Shown here in pieces: positions 20,441 to 29,108 of a stretch of 64,000 bases of DNA. The position numbers and the translations under genes are program-made. Below the pieces are notes generated by a model. It had not been told where the DNA came from, ran no database searches, and saw only the letters and a list, made by a program, of their open reading frames with translations. Within the stretch, counting starts at the first letter, position 1. Each line of letters begins with the position of its first letter. Source of the DNA: Nitrospirota bacterium (lineage in GTDB: Bacteria > Nitrospirota > UBA9217); NCBI GenBank assembly GCA_963663225.1, contig OY760142.1, forward strand, positions 576,001 to 640,000, in the 5' to 3' direction.

Positions 20441-21117
20441 ATTCCACCTTTCGGTTGCACTTTCATTTCAGCGTTCACCCGCGCCGTATACGTCATTCCG
20501 GAATCAAGCGTTAATGCAATTTCCACAATTGACGGCAGAGCATTTTTCTGCGGCCATTCATCGGACCAAGTGTCACCACCACTGTTATAGCGCACCTGAA
20601 ATGCCGTTACGCGGTCTGTTATCTGATACTCGATACCGCCTTCACCTGCGGGAACGTCTTTGCTCAACTCGCGTTTTTCCCTGCGCATCAGAACAAAACC
20701 TTTGCCGTCCGATTTTTCCTTGAAGAAGTAGCCGACTTCCCAGAGATCAGTTTCCTTCGAGTTCGCCCTGCGCCAGTTCGTCAGCGTCGTCAAAGAAAGC
20801 GAGTCATGTCGTTGCTTGTCGCTCCCGGTCATGGACTCTTCTTTCTTGCCATAGAAAATAGTCTGATTCAGCATAGCAGGATTAATGTACGCGTTTGCTA
20901 TGTCGTTTGAAATTTTAGTCAGGAGCGTGCGCGCCAAATCCGTGCTGTCGCGCCTTGCTTCCGCCTGTTCCACGTTCCGTCCTGTCGTCGAAAAAACCAT
21001 GTACACGGTTGCAAGAACAGACGTCAGGATTGCCAGCGCAAGGAGTACCTCAAGAAGCGTGAACCCGTGTTCCCTTCGGGCCGCAGAGCGAAGGCCGCAA
21101 TCCGTCTTACTTCTCAT
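20437..21117 (-). CDS. gspJ: Type II secretion minor pseudopilin GspJ
   Basis: G|FTLLEVLLAL prepilin motif; WSDEW..LPSIVEI C-terminus. Confidence 0.88.
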   Translation of the reverse strand: MRSKTDCGLRSAARREHGFTLLEVLLALAILTSVLATVYMVFSTTGRNVEQAEARRDSTDLARTLLTKISNDIANAYINPAMLNQTIFYGKKEESMTGSDKQRHDSLSLTTLTNWRRANSKETDLWEVGYFFKEKSDGKGFVLMRREKRELSKDVPAGEGGIEYQITDRVTAFQVRYNSGGDTWSDEWPQKNALPSIVEIALTLDSGMTYTARVNAEMKVQPKGGI

Positions 21118-21571
21118 AGCTCACCAGTTCGACCTGCTCCTGCCGGTCACCTTCCTTCCACAGGGTTGCTACACGGATTTCCGTAATGAAGCTCCCGTTC
21201 GGAAGAGGAAACTTTGAAATTGTCCTTTTCCAGGTGTATTCCTTCAGACTTTCATCGTCCCTAAAATCACCCTCTTCTTCCAGCGGCGGCAGCAGCTTTT
21301 TTGAAACAACCAACGGCAGTGTATCGACCATCATGTTTCTTGCAAGCAGCGTCGCGGTGGTGATGTGTTCGGCCAGCAGGACGTCCTGCATGCTCCTGTT
21401 TTTCAGACCGATAAGCGTTATCAGCACCGTGGCCATGATGACTACGGCCACCATGACCTCAAGCAGGGTGAAGCCATTGCTGTTTTGTGTTCCGGCTTGA
21501 CGACTGTGGTTTTTCAGAATGTGCCTATCTTTTTTATATGACGATCCGCGTTCCGTGATGCCCGTTATCAC
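21107..21571 (-). CDS. gspI: Type II secretion minor pseudopilin GspI
   Basis: G|FTLLEVMVAV prepilin motif; position in the operon. Confidence 0.85.
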   Translation of the reverse strand: MITGITERGSSYKKDRHILKNHSRQAGTQNSNGFTLLEVMVAVVIMATVLITLIGLKNRSMQDVLLAEHITTATLLARNMMVDTLPLVVSKKLLPPLEEEGDFRDDESLKEYTWKRTISKFPLPNGSFITEIRVATLWKEGDRQEQVELVSYEK

Positions 21572-22113
21572 CGCTCTTCCTCATATCCTTCTCGCAGTTC
21601 TGTAGCGCCGGTAAGAGAATTCACCCACAGGGTAAAATCCTTATTGGAGCCGTCGCGGAGATGAATAGCGGCCCGCTCCACCCAGCCGTCCGGAGTGAAC
21701 AGGATGTACGGATCTTCGGGGTGTCCGGCAACGCGCACATCCTTGAACGTCGTGCTGCCCGAGAGGCTGTCCTCGCCCGCCATCACCGTGTGGTACCGCC
21801 TGAATTCCATGGTGTTGCTGCCCGTCAGAGCCAGCACTTCCGGCCAATAGTGCCCGCCCTGAATATCAAAGCGGAGGCGATATACCGCTTTTTTTGCCTG
21901 CGCATCATCCTTCAGAAAGCGAATCACGCCGGTAAGATGCCGCGCGCTCCGCTTCAGGTTGGCTTCGCCGATCTCACCCAGCTTCGGAATGACAAAAGAC
22001 AGCACCACTCCCAGCACAAGGATGACGACCAGAAGTTCGACAAGCGTGAACCCTCTCGGTTGCAGACTGTGGATCTCTGATTCCGGACTATGCCGCTTCT
22101 CCGTGTTCCGCAT
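21568..22113 (-). CDS. gspH: Type II secretion minor pseudopilin GspH
   Basis: G|FTLVELLVV prepilin motif; ILFTPDG. Confidence 0.85.
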   Translation of the reverse strand: MRNTEKRHSPESEIHSLQPRGFTLVELLVVILVLGVVLSFVIPKLGEIGEANLKRSARHLTGVIRFLKDDAQAKKAVYRLRFDIQGGHYWPEVLALTGSNTMEFRRYHTVMAGEDSLSGSTTFKDVRVAGHPEDPYILFTPDGWVERAAIHLRDGSNKDFTLWVNSLTGATELREGYEEER

Positions 22114-22128
22114 TCCGCAACCCGCGTG

Positions 22129-22569
22129 TTACTCCATTTTCCAACTCTGTATGTCGGCGTTATTGCCTTCTCCGCCGGGTTCCTTGTCAGCTCCATACGA
22201 AACAATCTCATACTCTCTGTTTTCGCTTCCCGGGGAAATGTAGACATACTCCTTATCCCAAGGGTCCTTCGGAATGCGGGCGGGCTTGAGATATCCGCCG
22301 TCCCTCCACTTGCCGGGAACGCGGCCGGTTTCAGGTTTTTTAATCAGCGCGTCAAGCCCCTGGTCCGTGGTCGGATAAAAACCGTTGTCGAGTTTATACG
22401 AATCCAGCGCCTGCTCAAGGGAGCGTATCTGGGTCTTCGCCACTTCTCTTTTCGCCTTCTCCTCCTGCCCCAGAAACTTCGGGAGTACCAGACCCGCGAG
22501 AAGCCCGAGAATAATAATGACGACCATGATTTCAATAAGAGTGAAACCTTCTTGCCATTTCCTGTTCAT
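22129..22569 (-). CDS. gspG: Type II secretion major pseudopilin GspG
   Basis: G|FTLIEIMVV, YKLDNGFYPTTDQGL, PKDPW, SYGADKEPGGEG. Confidence 0.96.
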   Translation of the reverse strand: MNRKWQEGFTLIEIMVVIIILGLLAGLVLPKFLGQEEKAKREVAKTQIRSLEQALDSYKLDNGFYPTTDQGLDALIKKPETGRVPGKWRDGGYLKPARIPKDPWDKEYVYISPGSENREYEIVSYGADKEPGGEGNNADIQSWKME

Positions 22570-22615
22570 ATGCATTCTCCTTTTCTGAATACCGTAGCCG
22601 ATCCCGTTTGGAACG

Positions 22616-23836
22616 CTACCGCACTCCCGAGCTCATTTCGAGCATCGGCAGCATGATCGCTATCACCACAAACCCGATGACCAGTCCCATTGCCAGAATA
22701 ATAACCGGCTCCATGAGGGCCATCAGCCCCGTGATGCGCGTTTCGACGGTCCGGTCGAAAGAGTCCGATATTTTGAGCAGCATCTTTTCGAGTTCGCCGC
22801 TCTTTTCCCCGACCGCCACCATCTGCACGACAACCGGGGGAAACAATCCGCTTCTGCGGAGGGGATCGGCAATGGGCTCGCCTTCACGCACATTCTCCCG
22901 CGCCTTCTGGACGGCGTTCGCGAGAACGCTGTTTCCGACCACGCTCTTGACGATATCAAGTGCGGTAAGCGCAGGAACCCCGCTCTGGAGCAGTGTTCCA
23001 AGGGTCCGGGTGAACCGCGACACCGCGATCATCCTGATGAGCCCGCCGAACACCGGCAGCCGGAGCAGGCGTGCGTCCAGCATCTCCCGCCCGGCCGGGG
23101 TATTGATATGTTTCTTTGCGTAGTAAACCGCCGCCCCCAGCGCGATCAGGATCGCCCACCAGTACGACGAAACAAACCGAACGGTAGTCAGCAGCATGAT
23201 CGTGATGAACGGCAGCTGCTGCTTCATGTCCTCGAACATGCCGACCACGCGCGGCATTACGAAGCTGAAAATAAAGAACAGCATGCCGATGCCGATTACT
23301 GTCATGAAGGCCGGATAAGCCAGTGCGGCCAGAATTTTTCCTCGGAACCTGACCTGCTCGTCAAGAAAATCGGAAAGCCTGTCGAGCGTAATTTCGAGTG
23401 TCCCGCTCGCCTCGCCTGCCGAGACCATGTTGATATACAGCTGCGAAAACGCCTTCGGGTTCGCCTTGAGCGAATCTGCAAGCGATGCGCCCTCCCGCAC
23501 GCTGTCGCGAACCGACGACAGTGCCCCTTTCAGCGCTTTAGATTCTTCCTGCTCCACAAGCACCGACAGCGCTTCCATCAGGGGCAGTCCGGACGACAGC
23601 AGCGTGGCGAGCTGCCGCGTTGCGTTCGCAAGATCGACAAGTTTCACCCGGTTCCCGAAGCTGAACGAAACCGTGCCGCGCCGTGCGGCGCGCGCCGCCG
23701 ATCCTTCGCTGATTTCCAGGACGACAACGCCCTCTTTTTTCAGCCGTGTTTTGACGGCTTTCAGGCTTTCTCCGTCCTGGGAGCCGGAAACTTTTTTCCC
23801 CTGGGCGGTAACGCCCTTGTATTCATAAACAGGCAT
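22616..23836 (-). CDS. gspF: Type II secretion inner-membrane platform protein GspF
   Basis: TRQLATLLSSGLPL, AGEASGTL, AYP, VGEKSGEL, MEPVII. Confidence 0.95.
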   Translation of the reverse strand: MPVYEYKGVTAQGKKVSGSQDGESLKAVKTRLKKEGVVVLEISEGSAARAARRGTVSFSFGNRVKLVDLANATRQLATLLSSGLPLMEALSVLVEQEESKALKGALSSVRDSVREGASLADSLKANPKAFSQLYINMVSAGEASGTLEITLDRLSDFLDEQVRFRGKILAALAYPAFMTVIGIGMLFFIFSFVMPRVVGMFEDMKQQLPFITIMLLTTVRFVSSYWWAILIALGAAVYYAKKHINTPAGREMLDARLLRLPVFGGLIRMIAVSRFTRTLGTLLQSGVPALTALDIVKSVVGNSVLANAVQKARENVREGEPIADPLRRSGLFPPVVVQMVAVGEKSGELEKMLLKISDSFDRTVETRITGLMALMEPVIILAMGLVIGFVVIAIMLPMLEMSSGVR

Positions 23837-23887
23837 GGTTGCAATACCGAACACAGAATGCCGGGCAGGCTCGATTCCGGTTTCCGG

Positions 23888-25573
23888 CTACGATTCCTTC
23901 TGCGTCACGCGCACCACTTCTTCGACAGACGTGATCCCTTTCAGAATTTTGTCGGCGCCATCCTGCCGCAGCGTGGTCATTCCCTTTTCCATGGCCGCCG
24001 CCTTTATGGTGGATGCGTCGGCGCTCTTCATGATCAGCTGCCGGATGTCATCATCCACGCTCAGCAATTCATAGATTGCGGTGCGTCCGAGATACCCGGT
24101 CTTAAAGCAGGCGTCACAGCCCCGGGCTCGGTACACGGTCATGTTTTCGGTCTTTCCTTTGATCTCCAGTTCGCTGATCTCGTCCTGCGTAAGCTGGTAC
24201 GGTTCCCTGCATTCCTTGCACAGGACGCGCACCAGACGCTGGGCAAGAATGGCCATGACCGACGAGGAAATCAGGAACGGTTCGATTTTCATATCGATCA
24301 GTCTCGTTATCGCGCCGGCAGCATCATTCGTATGCAGCGTGGAAAAAACCAGGTGGCCGGTCAGGGCAGCCTGGATCGCGATTTCAGCGGTTTCCGAATC
24401 ACGGATCTCGCCCACCAGAATGACATCAGGGTCCTGCCGGAGCACGGAGCGAAGCCCGGCCGCAAACGTCAGCTGAATCTTGGAGTTCACCTGGATCTGT
24501 CCGATGCCTTTCAGCTGATATTCGATAGGGTCTTCGATGGTTATGATGTTCTTGTCCGGGGAGTTTATTTTTGAAAGTGACGCGTACAGGGTCGTGGTCT
24601 TGCCGCTGCCCGTGGGACCGGTCACCAGAATAATGCCGTGGGGCCGCTCAATAAAACCGTTGAACGCCGTCAGCGTGCTCCCGGCAAAACCGATCTGATC
24701 GAGGGGAAGCAAGGCGCTCTCGCGATACAGGAGCCGCAGCACAATGCGCTCCCCGAAGGCGGTCGGCACGATCGAGACCCGGATGTCCACGTCTTTGCCT
24801 GCGATCTTGATCCGCATGCCGCCGTCCTGCGGCAGGCGTTTCTCGGCTATGTTCAGGCCGGACATGATCTTGACACGCGATGCGATGCTTGCCTGAAACC
24901 GCTTCTGAATCGTAAGAATATTGTACAGAATGCCGTCGATGCGGAAGCGGGCGACCATTTCCTTTTCGAAAGGTTCGATGTGGATGTCGCTTGCCCGTTC
25001 GCGGATTGCCTGCGACAGAAGCGAGTTCACGAGGCGGATGATCGGCGCGTCATCGGTGACTTCGAGCAGGTCGGTGGGCTCGTCCAACTCCGCGGCCAGG
25101 AACGACAGGTCTTCTTCCTCCATTTCCTGCACCGTGTCCTCGGCTTTGTTCATGCCTTCGCTATGGAGGCGGTTGAGCGTGTCGAAAATTTTCTCGGTGG
25201 GGGCAAGGCAGAGTGAAATGTCGCTGCCGAAAAGCACGGCCAGATCATCGATCACCGAAAGATTCAGCGGTTCCGAGGTAGCAGCAAGGATGGTGCCGTC
25301 TTCTCTGCGGAGCGGAAGCACAATCGCCTTTTTAGCATAGGTGATCGGCAGCCTGAGCGCCAGTTCCCGGTCGATTTCACCCAGTTCAGTCAGAAACGGC
25401 AGCCCCAACTGCGTGCTGAGCGCCCTGAGAACCTCCTCTTCGTTTACCGCGTTCAACCGCATGAGAAGAGTGCCGATCCGGCCGCCGCGCTTTTTCTGAT
25501 GATCGAGCGCTTTTTTGAGGCGGTCCGGCGCCAGTCCGGACTCAACGAGTATATCGCCGAGCAGGCGTTTCAC
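23888..25573 (-). CDS. gspE: Type II secretion ATPase GspE
   Basis: ASDIHIEP, GPTGSGKTTT, TIEDPIE, LRQDPDVILVGEIRD, tetra-Cys motif. Confidence 0.96.
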   Translation of the reverse strand: MKRLLGDILVESGLAPDRLKKALDHQKKRGGRIGTLLMRLNAVNEEEVLRALSTQLGLPFLTELGEIDRELALRLPITYAKKAIVLPLRREDGTILAATSEPLNLSVIDDLAVLFGSDISLCLAPTEKIFDTLNRLHSEGMNKAEDTVQEMEEEDLSFLAAELDEPTDLLEVTDDAPIIRLVNSLLSQAIRERASDIHIEPFEKEMVARFRIDGILYNILTIQKRFQASIASRVKIMSGLNIAEKRLPQDGGMRIKIAGKDVDIRVSIVPTAFGERIVLRLLYRESALLPLDQIGFAGSTLTAFNGFIERPHGIILVTGPTGSGKTTTLYASLSKINSPDKNIITIEDPIEYQLKGIGQIQVNSKIQLTFAAGLRSVLRQDPDVILVGEIRDSETAEIAIQAALTGHLVFSTLHTNDAAGAITRLIDMKIEPFLISSSVMAILAQRLVRVLCKECREPYQLTQDEISELEIKGKTENMTVYRARGCDACFKTGYLGRTAIYELLSVDDDIRQLIMKSADASTIKAAAMEKGMTTLRQDGADKILKGITSVEEVVRVTQKES

Positions 25574-27837
25574 CTCTCACGCTCCCTGGGAGCGTTCTGG
25601 GCTGTGCCGGTAGGAGAAGAGGCCGGCGCGCCAACGGCATCCTGCATCGATGGGGTGTAGGTGACAGGCGCTTTTGAGGCAGGGCCGTCCGCCGGTATTC
25701 TTGTAGTTGCGGTGGGGGCCGTCTGAAGCACACGCCCCCCCCCTGTCTCAGGTGAATACGTAGCAGTGGATGTTTGAACAGAACTGCCTCCTGCCGCACC
25801 CGACGTCGCGGTAGGAGCAGTCTTCAGCATGTTTTCATCGGTTTTCTTGGGAAGAGTACCGGTCGGCGCAGAGAGAACAGCCCGATCACCGTCTTTCGTT
25901 GCCGCGGTGCCCGTGGCAGAAGATTTCAGTGCATCGTTATTGGTAGCGTCCCCGCCTGTTCCGGTCGGCGCTGTCCGTTGAGACTCTCCAGCCGGAGTCT
26001 CTTCAAGCACTTCAGCGTCCTCGTCTTCATCTTCGCCTTGCTCATCTGTAGCAGCAGGCGCGGATGGCTGCTCCAATGTCTCGGCAGGCTTCTGCAGAGC
26101 AGGCTCCACGTTTTTCTTTTCAATGCGGTACTCCTTGCGGAAGTCTTCCTGCGCTTCGCCTTTTTTCTTCGTCAGATCGCCGGCGTCCCCTTCATTCTTA
26201 ATAATATACGGCGTGATGAAAATCATGAGGTTTGTCTTTTCGACGGACGTAGACTTCGATTTAAAGAGCCAGCCGAGCACCGGGATGTCTCCGAGAAATG
26301 GAACCTTGGAGACGGTAGAGGTAACGTTGTCCTTGATCAGCCCGCCGATGACCATGGTCTGCCGGTCCTTTACCACGACCGTGGTGCTTGCCGAACGCTT
26401 GCTGGTGCTGGGGCCGACCGTGTTCACATTCAGTCCGGAGGGCGAGTCAATAATTGCGGAAATTTCCTGATAGATATCGAGCCGAACGTTGTCGTCGGAA
26501 GTGATCTGCGGAGTCAGCTTCAACGTAACCCCGACGTCTTTCCGCTCCACGGAGGTCAGGATCGCCGTGCTGCTCGTCGTCGCGTTCTGCGTCTGGCCGG
26601 TGATGAACGGAATATTTTCTCCCACCATGATCTCGGCCTTCTGATTGTCCGTGGTAAGAAGATTCGGGGTGGAAAGCACGTTTACATCGCTGTCGCTCTG
26701 GAGCGCATGGATCAGCGCACCGATATTCAAAAATTCAGTGCCGTTATACGTGAAGACCCCCTTGACGGCTGCAAGGGTGAGTCCTTCCAGATTGGCAAGT
26801 CCGGCAGGCCCGTTCGCGATAAGGCTCGCTATGTTGCCGAAATTCGTCCCCCCGAGCGCGCTGGTCGTCCCGCTGTTGACGCGGTTGAACGACTGAAATT
26901 CGAATCCGATCTCTCGGGATTTTGACAGGCTCATCTCGATAATCGCGGCCTCGACATACACCTGTCTCCGCCGGATATCCAGTTTCTGGATCACGTCTTT
27001 CATGGTCTCATAGTCGCCAGGCGAACCCACAATGATAAGCGAGTTGGTCGCCTTGTCCGCGGTAATGGTAACAGCCCCTTCAAGCAGCGTGGTTGCCCCA
27101 ACCTGGGCCGTTCCTCCCGTTTGCGTGGCCGGCAGCTTTGAAACAAGCCCCTGCATCAGTTTGGCAATGTCTTCCGCGTTCCCGTTTTTCAGATAATAGA
27201 CATTGATTTTCCCTTTTCCTTCCGGTGCCGGCACATCCAGCGCATTCAAAAGCGTCTCGATTTTCCGGATATTGGAGACTGAATCGGTGAGAATGACCGA
27301 ATTCGTGGTCGGATAGGCAATCAAATTTCCGTCCTTGGTCAGAAGCGGCGTTATCGTCCGCACAATCTCCTGGGGATTGACGTAATTCATCCGGATAAGC
27401 TTGGTGACGAATCCTTCACCGCGTATGTTGTCGTCCTTGAACACCTTGAGCCCGCTCTGGCGTGCTGTCGCCGTGGGTATGATGCGGATAACCTTGCCGT
27501 CCTCCACTGCGGTAAAACCTTTGATTTCGAGGGCCGAAAGGAACACCTGGTACGCCTCGTCCGGCGATATTCTGGTGGGGGTCATGAGGGTGATCTTGCC
27601 GGCAATGCGCTCATCCAGAATGAAGTTTCTCCGTGTCAGTTCGCTCATCACTTTGACCAGGGCATTGATCTCGACATTCGTGAAATTAAGCGTAACGTAA
27701 TTATCGGCGGATTTTATCTTCTGAATGTCAATCTGCTCTGAAGGTGCAGGGGTTGGCTTGGGGGGAGGTGTCTGGGCAGAAACGTCTGCCGCGATTATAA
27801 ACCCTATAAGAAACAGCAGGGCGGCCGATTTTCTCAC
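25570..27837 (-). CDS. gspD: Type II secretion secretin GspD with a long low-complexity C-terminal tail
   Basis: Signal peptide, N0 domain, LDIRRRQVYVEAAI, NVLSTP, KVPFLGDIPVLGWLF, LMIFITP. Confidence 0.95.
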   Translation of the reverse strand: MRKSAALLFLIGFIIAADVSAQTPPPKPTPAPSEQIDIQKIKSADNYVTLNFTNVEINALVKVMSELTRRNFILDERIAGKITLMTPTRISPDEAYQVFLSALEIKGFTAVEDGKVIRIIPTATARQSGLKVFKDDNIRGEGFVTKLIRMNYVNPQEIVRTITPLLTKDGNLIAYPTTNSVILTDSVSNIRKIETLLNALDVPAPEGKGKINVYYLKNGNAEDIAKLMQGLVSKLPATQTGGTAQVGATTLLEGAVTITADKATNSLIIVGSPGDYETMKDVIQKLDIRRRQVYVEAAIIEMSLSKSREIGFEFQSFNRVNSGTTSALGGTNFGNIASLIANGPAGLANLEGLTLAAVKGVFTYNGTEFLNIGALIHALQSDSDVNVLSTPNLLTTDNQKAEIMVGENIPFITGQTQNATTSSTAILTSVERKDVGVTLKLTPQITSDDNVRLDIYQEISAIIDSPSGLNVNTVGPSTSKRSASTTVVVKDRQTMVIGGLIKDNVTSTVSKVPFLGDIPVLGWLFKSKSTSVEKTNLMIFITPYIIKNEGDAGDLTKKKGEAQEDFRKEYRIEKKNVEPALQKPAETLEQPSAPAATDEQGEDEDEDAEVLEETPAGESQRTAPTGTGGDATNNDALKSSATGTAATKDGDRAVLSAPTGTLPKKTDENMLKTAPTATSGAAGGSSVQTSTATYSPETGGGRVLQTAPTATTRIPADGPASKAPVTYTPSMQDAVGAPASSPTGTAQNAPRERER

Positions 27838-27992
27838 AATAGAGCCTCCAAAATCACATTCTCAAACTTCATAATAAAAACCACATAGGGAATAATAGCG
27901 GTTGTAATAGCCTGTACCTGAAATTTTGGATTAGGGATTTGTTCCTGGTTTCTAATGAATGAACATCTGCTCCGGATACCATCGGCAAATAT

Positions 27993-28820
27993 TCAGCGGA
28001 TCTCATAATTCAATGTTTGCCGCTGGCCGCCCCGCACCACATCGATCGTAATGTTCCGTTCGTTCTTCAGTCCCTGGTAAAGCTGGAAAAACTTCGCGGG
28101 ATCGTCCACATCCTGAGAGTTGACGCTCCGTATTACGTCGCCGTTCTGAAGTCCGATTTTTTCGTAGATGCTGCCGGGTACTATTTCGCTCAGACGGAAT
28201 CCCACCGTCTTGCCGTTTTCCAGATACGGCAATGCCCGCGCCTGCGTCAGGATCTGGCTCATGTTCTCGGTGCTCGCAGCCACTTCCTTCTGATCGACCG
28301 CCCACTTGCCTTCAGAAAGTTTTTTTACGCTGGTTTTGGATGCAATCGGGTTTTGAACATTGACGATCTTGGTGTCATCTGCAACCTGGACGTCCATTAC
28401 AGAGCCGTCAGCCCGTTTAATCGTTATTTTATCCCGCATTACCTTGATGATCACGGAACCGTCCGGAAGCTTTTGGTTGATGCGGTAAAAAACCTGTTCG
28501 CCGGCATCTTCAAGCACCGCGCCCGCGAAGCTCTGCCCTTCCACCGTCCCGATCAGGCGATACGACGATGATGCAGCCGCGGGTCCGCTTGATGGCCCCC
28601 TGCCCTCACCGAACAGCCCCCGATCCAGAATCGAGGAATACTCGCTCAGCTCGCGCCGCGGTTCCAATGCGGGACGTGCGCGCTCCTGTGACGCGGAAAA
28701 CTTGGGGGAAGCCTCAAGGGTCCGTCCGATCAGGGAATCGACAATGTCGGCTGCAAAATATGCCGAAACGGTCAACAACGCCGCAAGGGTCAGCGTATAT
28801 GTTGTTTTATTCTCTTTCAT
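27993..28820 (-). CDS. gspC: Type II secretion protein GspC (with PDZ domain)
   Basis: N-terminal TM, RLIGTV HR domain, IGLQNGDVIRSVN PDZ domain. Confidence 0.9.
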   Translation of the reverse strand: MKENKTTYTLTLAALLTVSAYFAADIVDSLIGRTLEASPKFSASQERARPALEPRRELSEYSSILDRGLFGEGRGPSSGPAAASSSYRLIGTVEGQSFAGAVLEDAGEQVFYRINQKLPDGSVIIKVMRDKITIKRADGSVMDVQVADDTKIVNVQNPIASKTSVKKLSEGKWAVDQKEVAASTENMSQILTQARALPYLENGKTVGFRLSEIVPGSIYEKIGLQNGDVIRSVNSQDVDDPAKFFQLYQGLKNERNITIDVVRGGQRQTLNYEIR

Positions 28821-28844
28821 ATTTTATTGTTATTTTGATAAAAA

Positions 28845-28873
28845 ATTATACTCTCAACCATATTTATTGTCAA
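28845..28873 (-). promoter_or_regulatory. Consensus sigma70 promoter of the gsp operon
   Basis: Exact TTGACA-17 bp-TATAAT, 24 nt upstream of the gspC ATG. Confidence 0.8.
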
Positions 28874-29011
28874 TTAGGAACAGCGCAATGTTTTTTATAC
28901 TTTAGTTGCTATGCAGCAGGTAAAGAGCCACTCCGGCCAACTTATGTTTTATTATCTCGAACGCACGGAAACGACTGATCCGCGCGCGAAACTAAGCATA
29001 ATAAATAAAAC

Positions 29012-29074
29012 AGCCTTGAGGAGTTTTGTCAAGAAAACCGAAACAATGGTTTCGTTGAAACTCTCCTCAAGGCT
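29012..29074 (-). terminator. Long hairpin, probable terminator of the hydrolase gene
   Basis: AGCCTTGAGGAG...CTCCTCAAGGCT perfect 12-bp outer stem with further inner pairing; followed by GTTTTATTT on the minus strand. Confidence 0.7.
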
Positions 29075-29108
29075 ATGAAGTTTATAACACCTTATTGATT
29101 ATCATCTG

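Noticed and set aside
23108-24574. 488-aa + strand ORF, and similar long ORFs at 25774-26925 and 42831-44036
   Set aside because: These are antisense shadows of gspF/E, gspD and aroB in GC-rich coding DNA, with no protein motifs.
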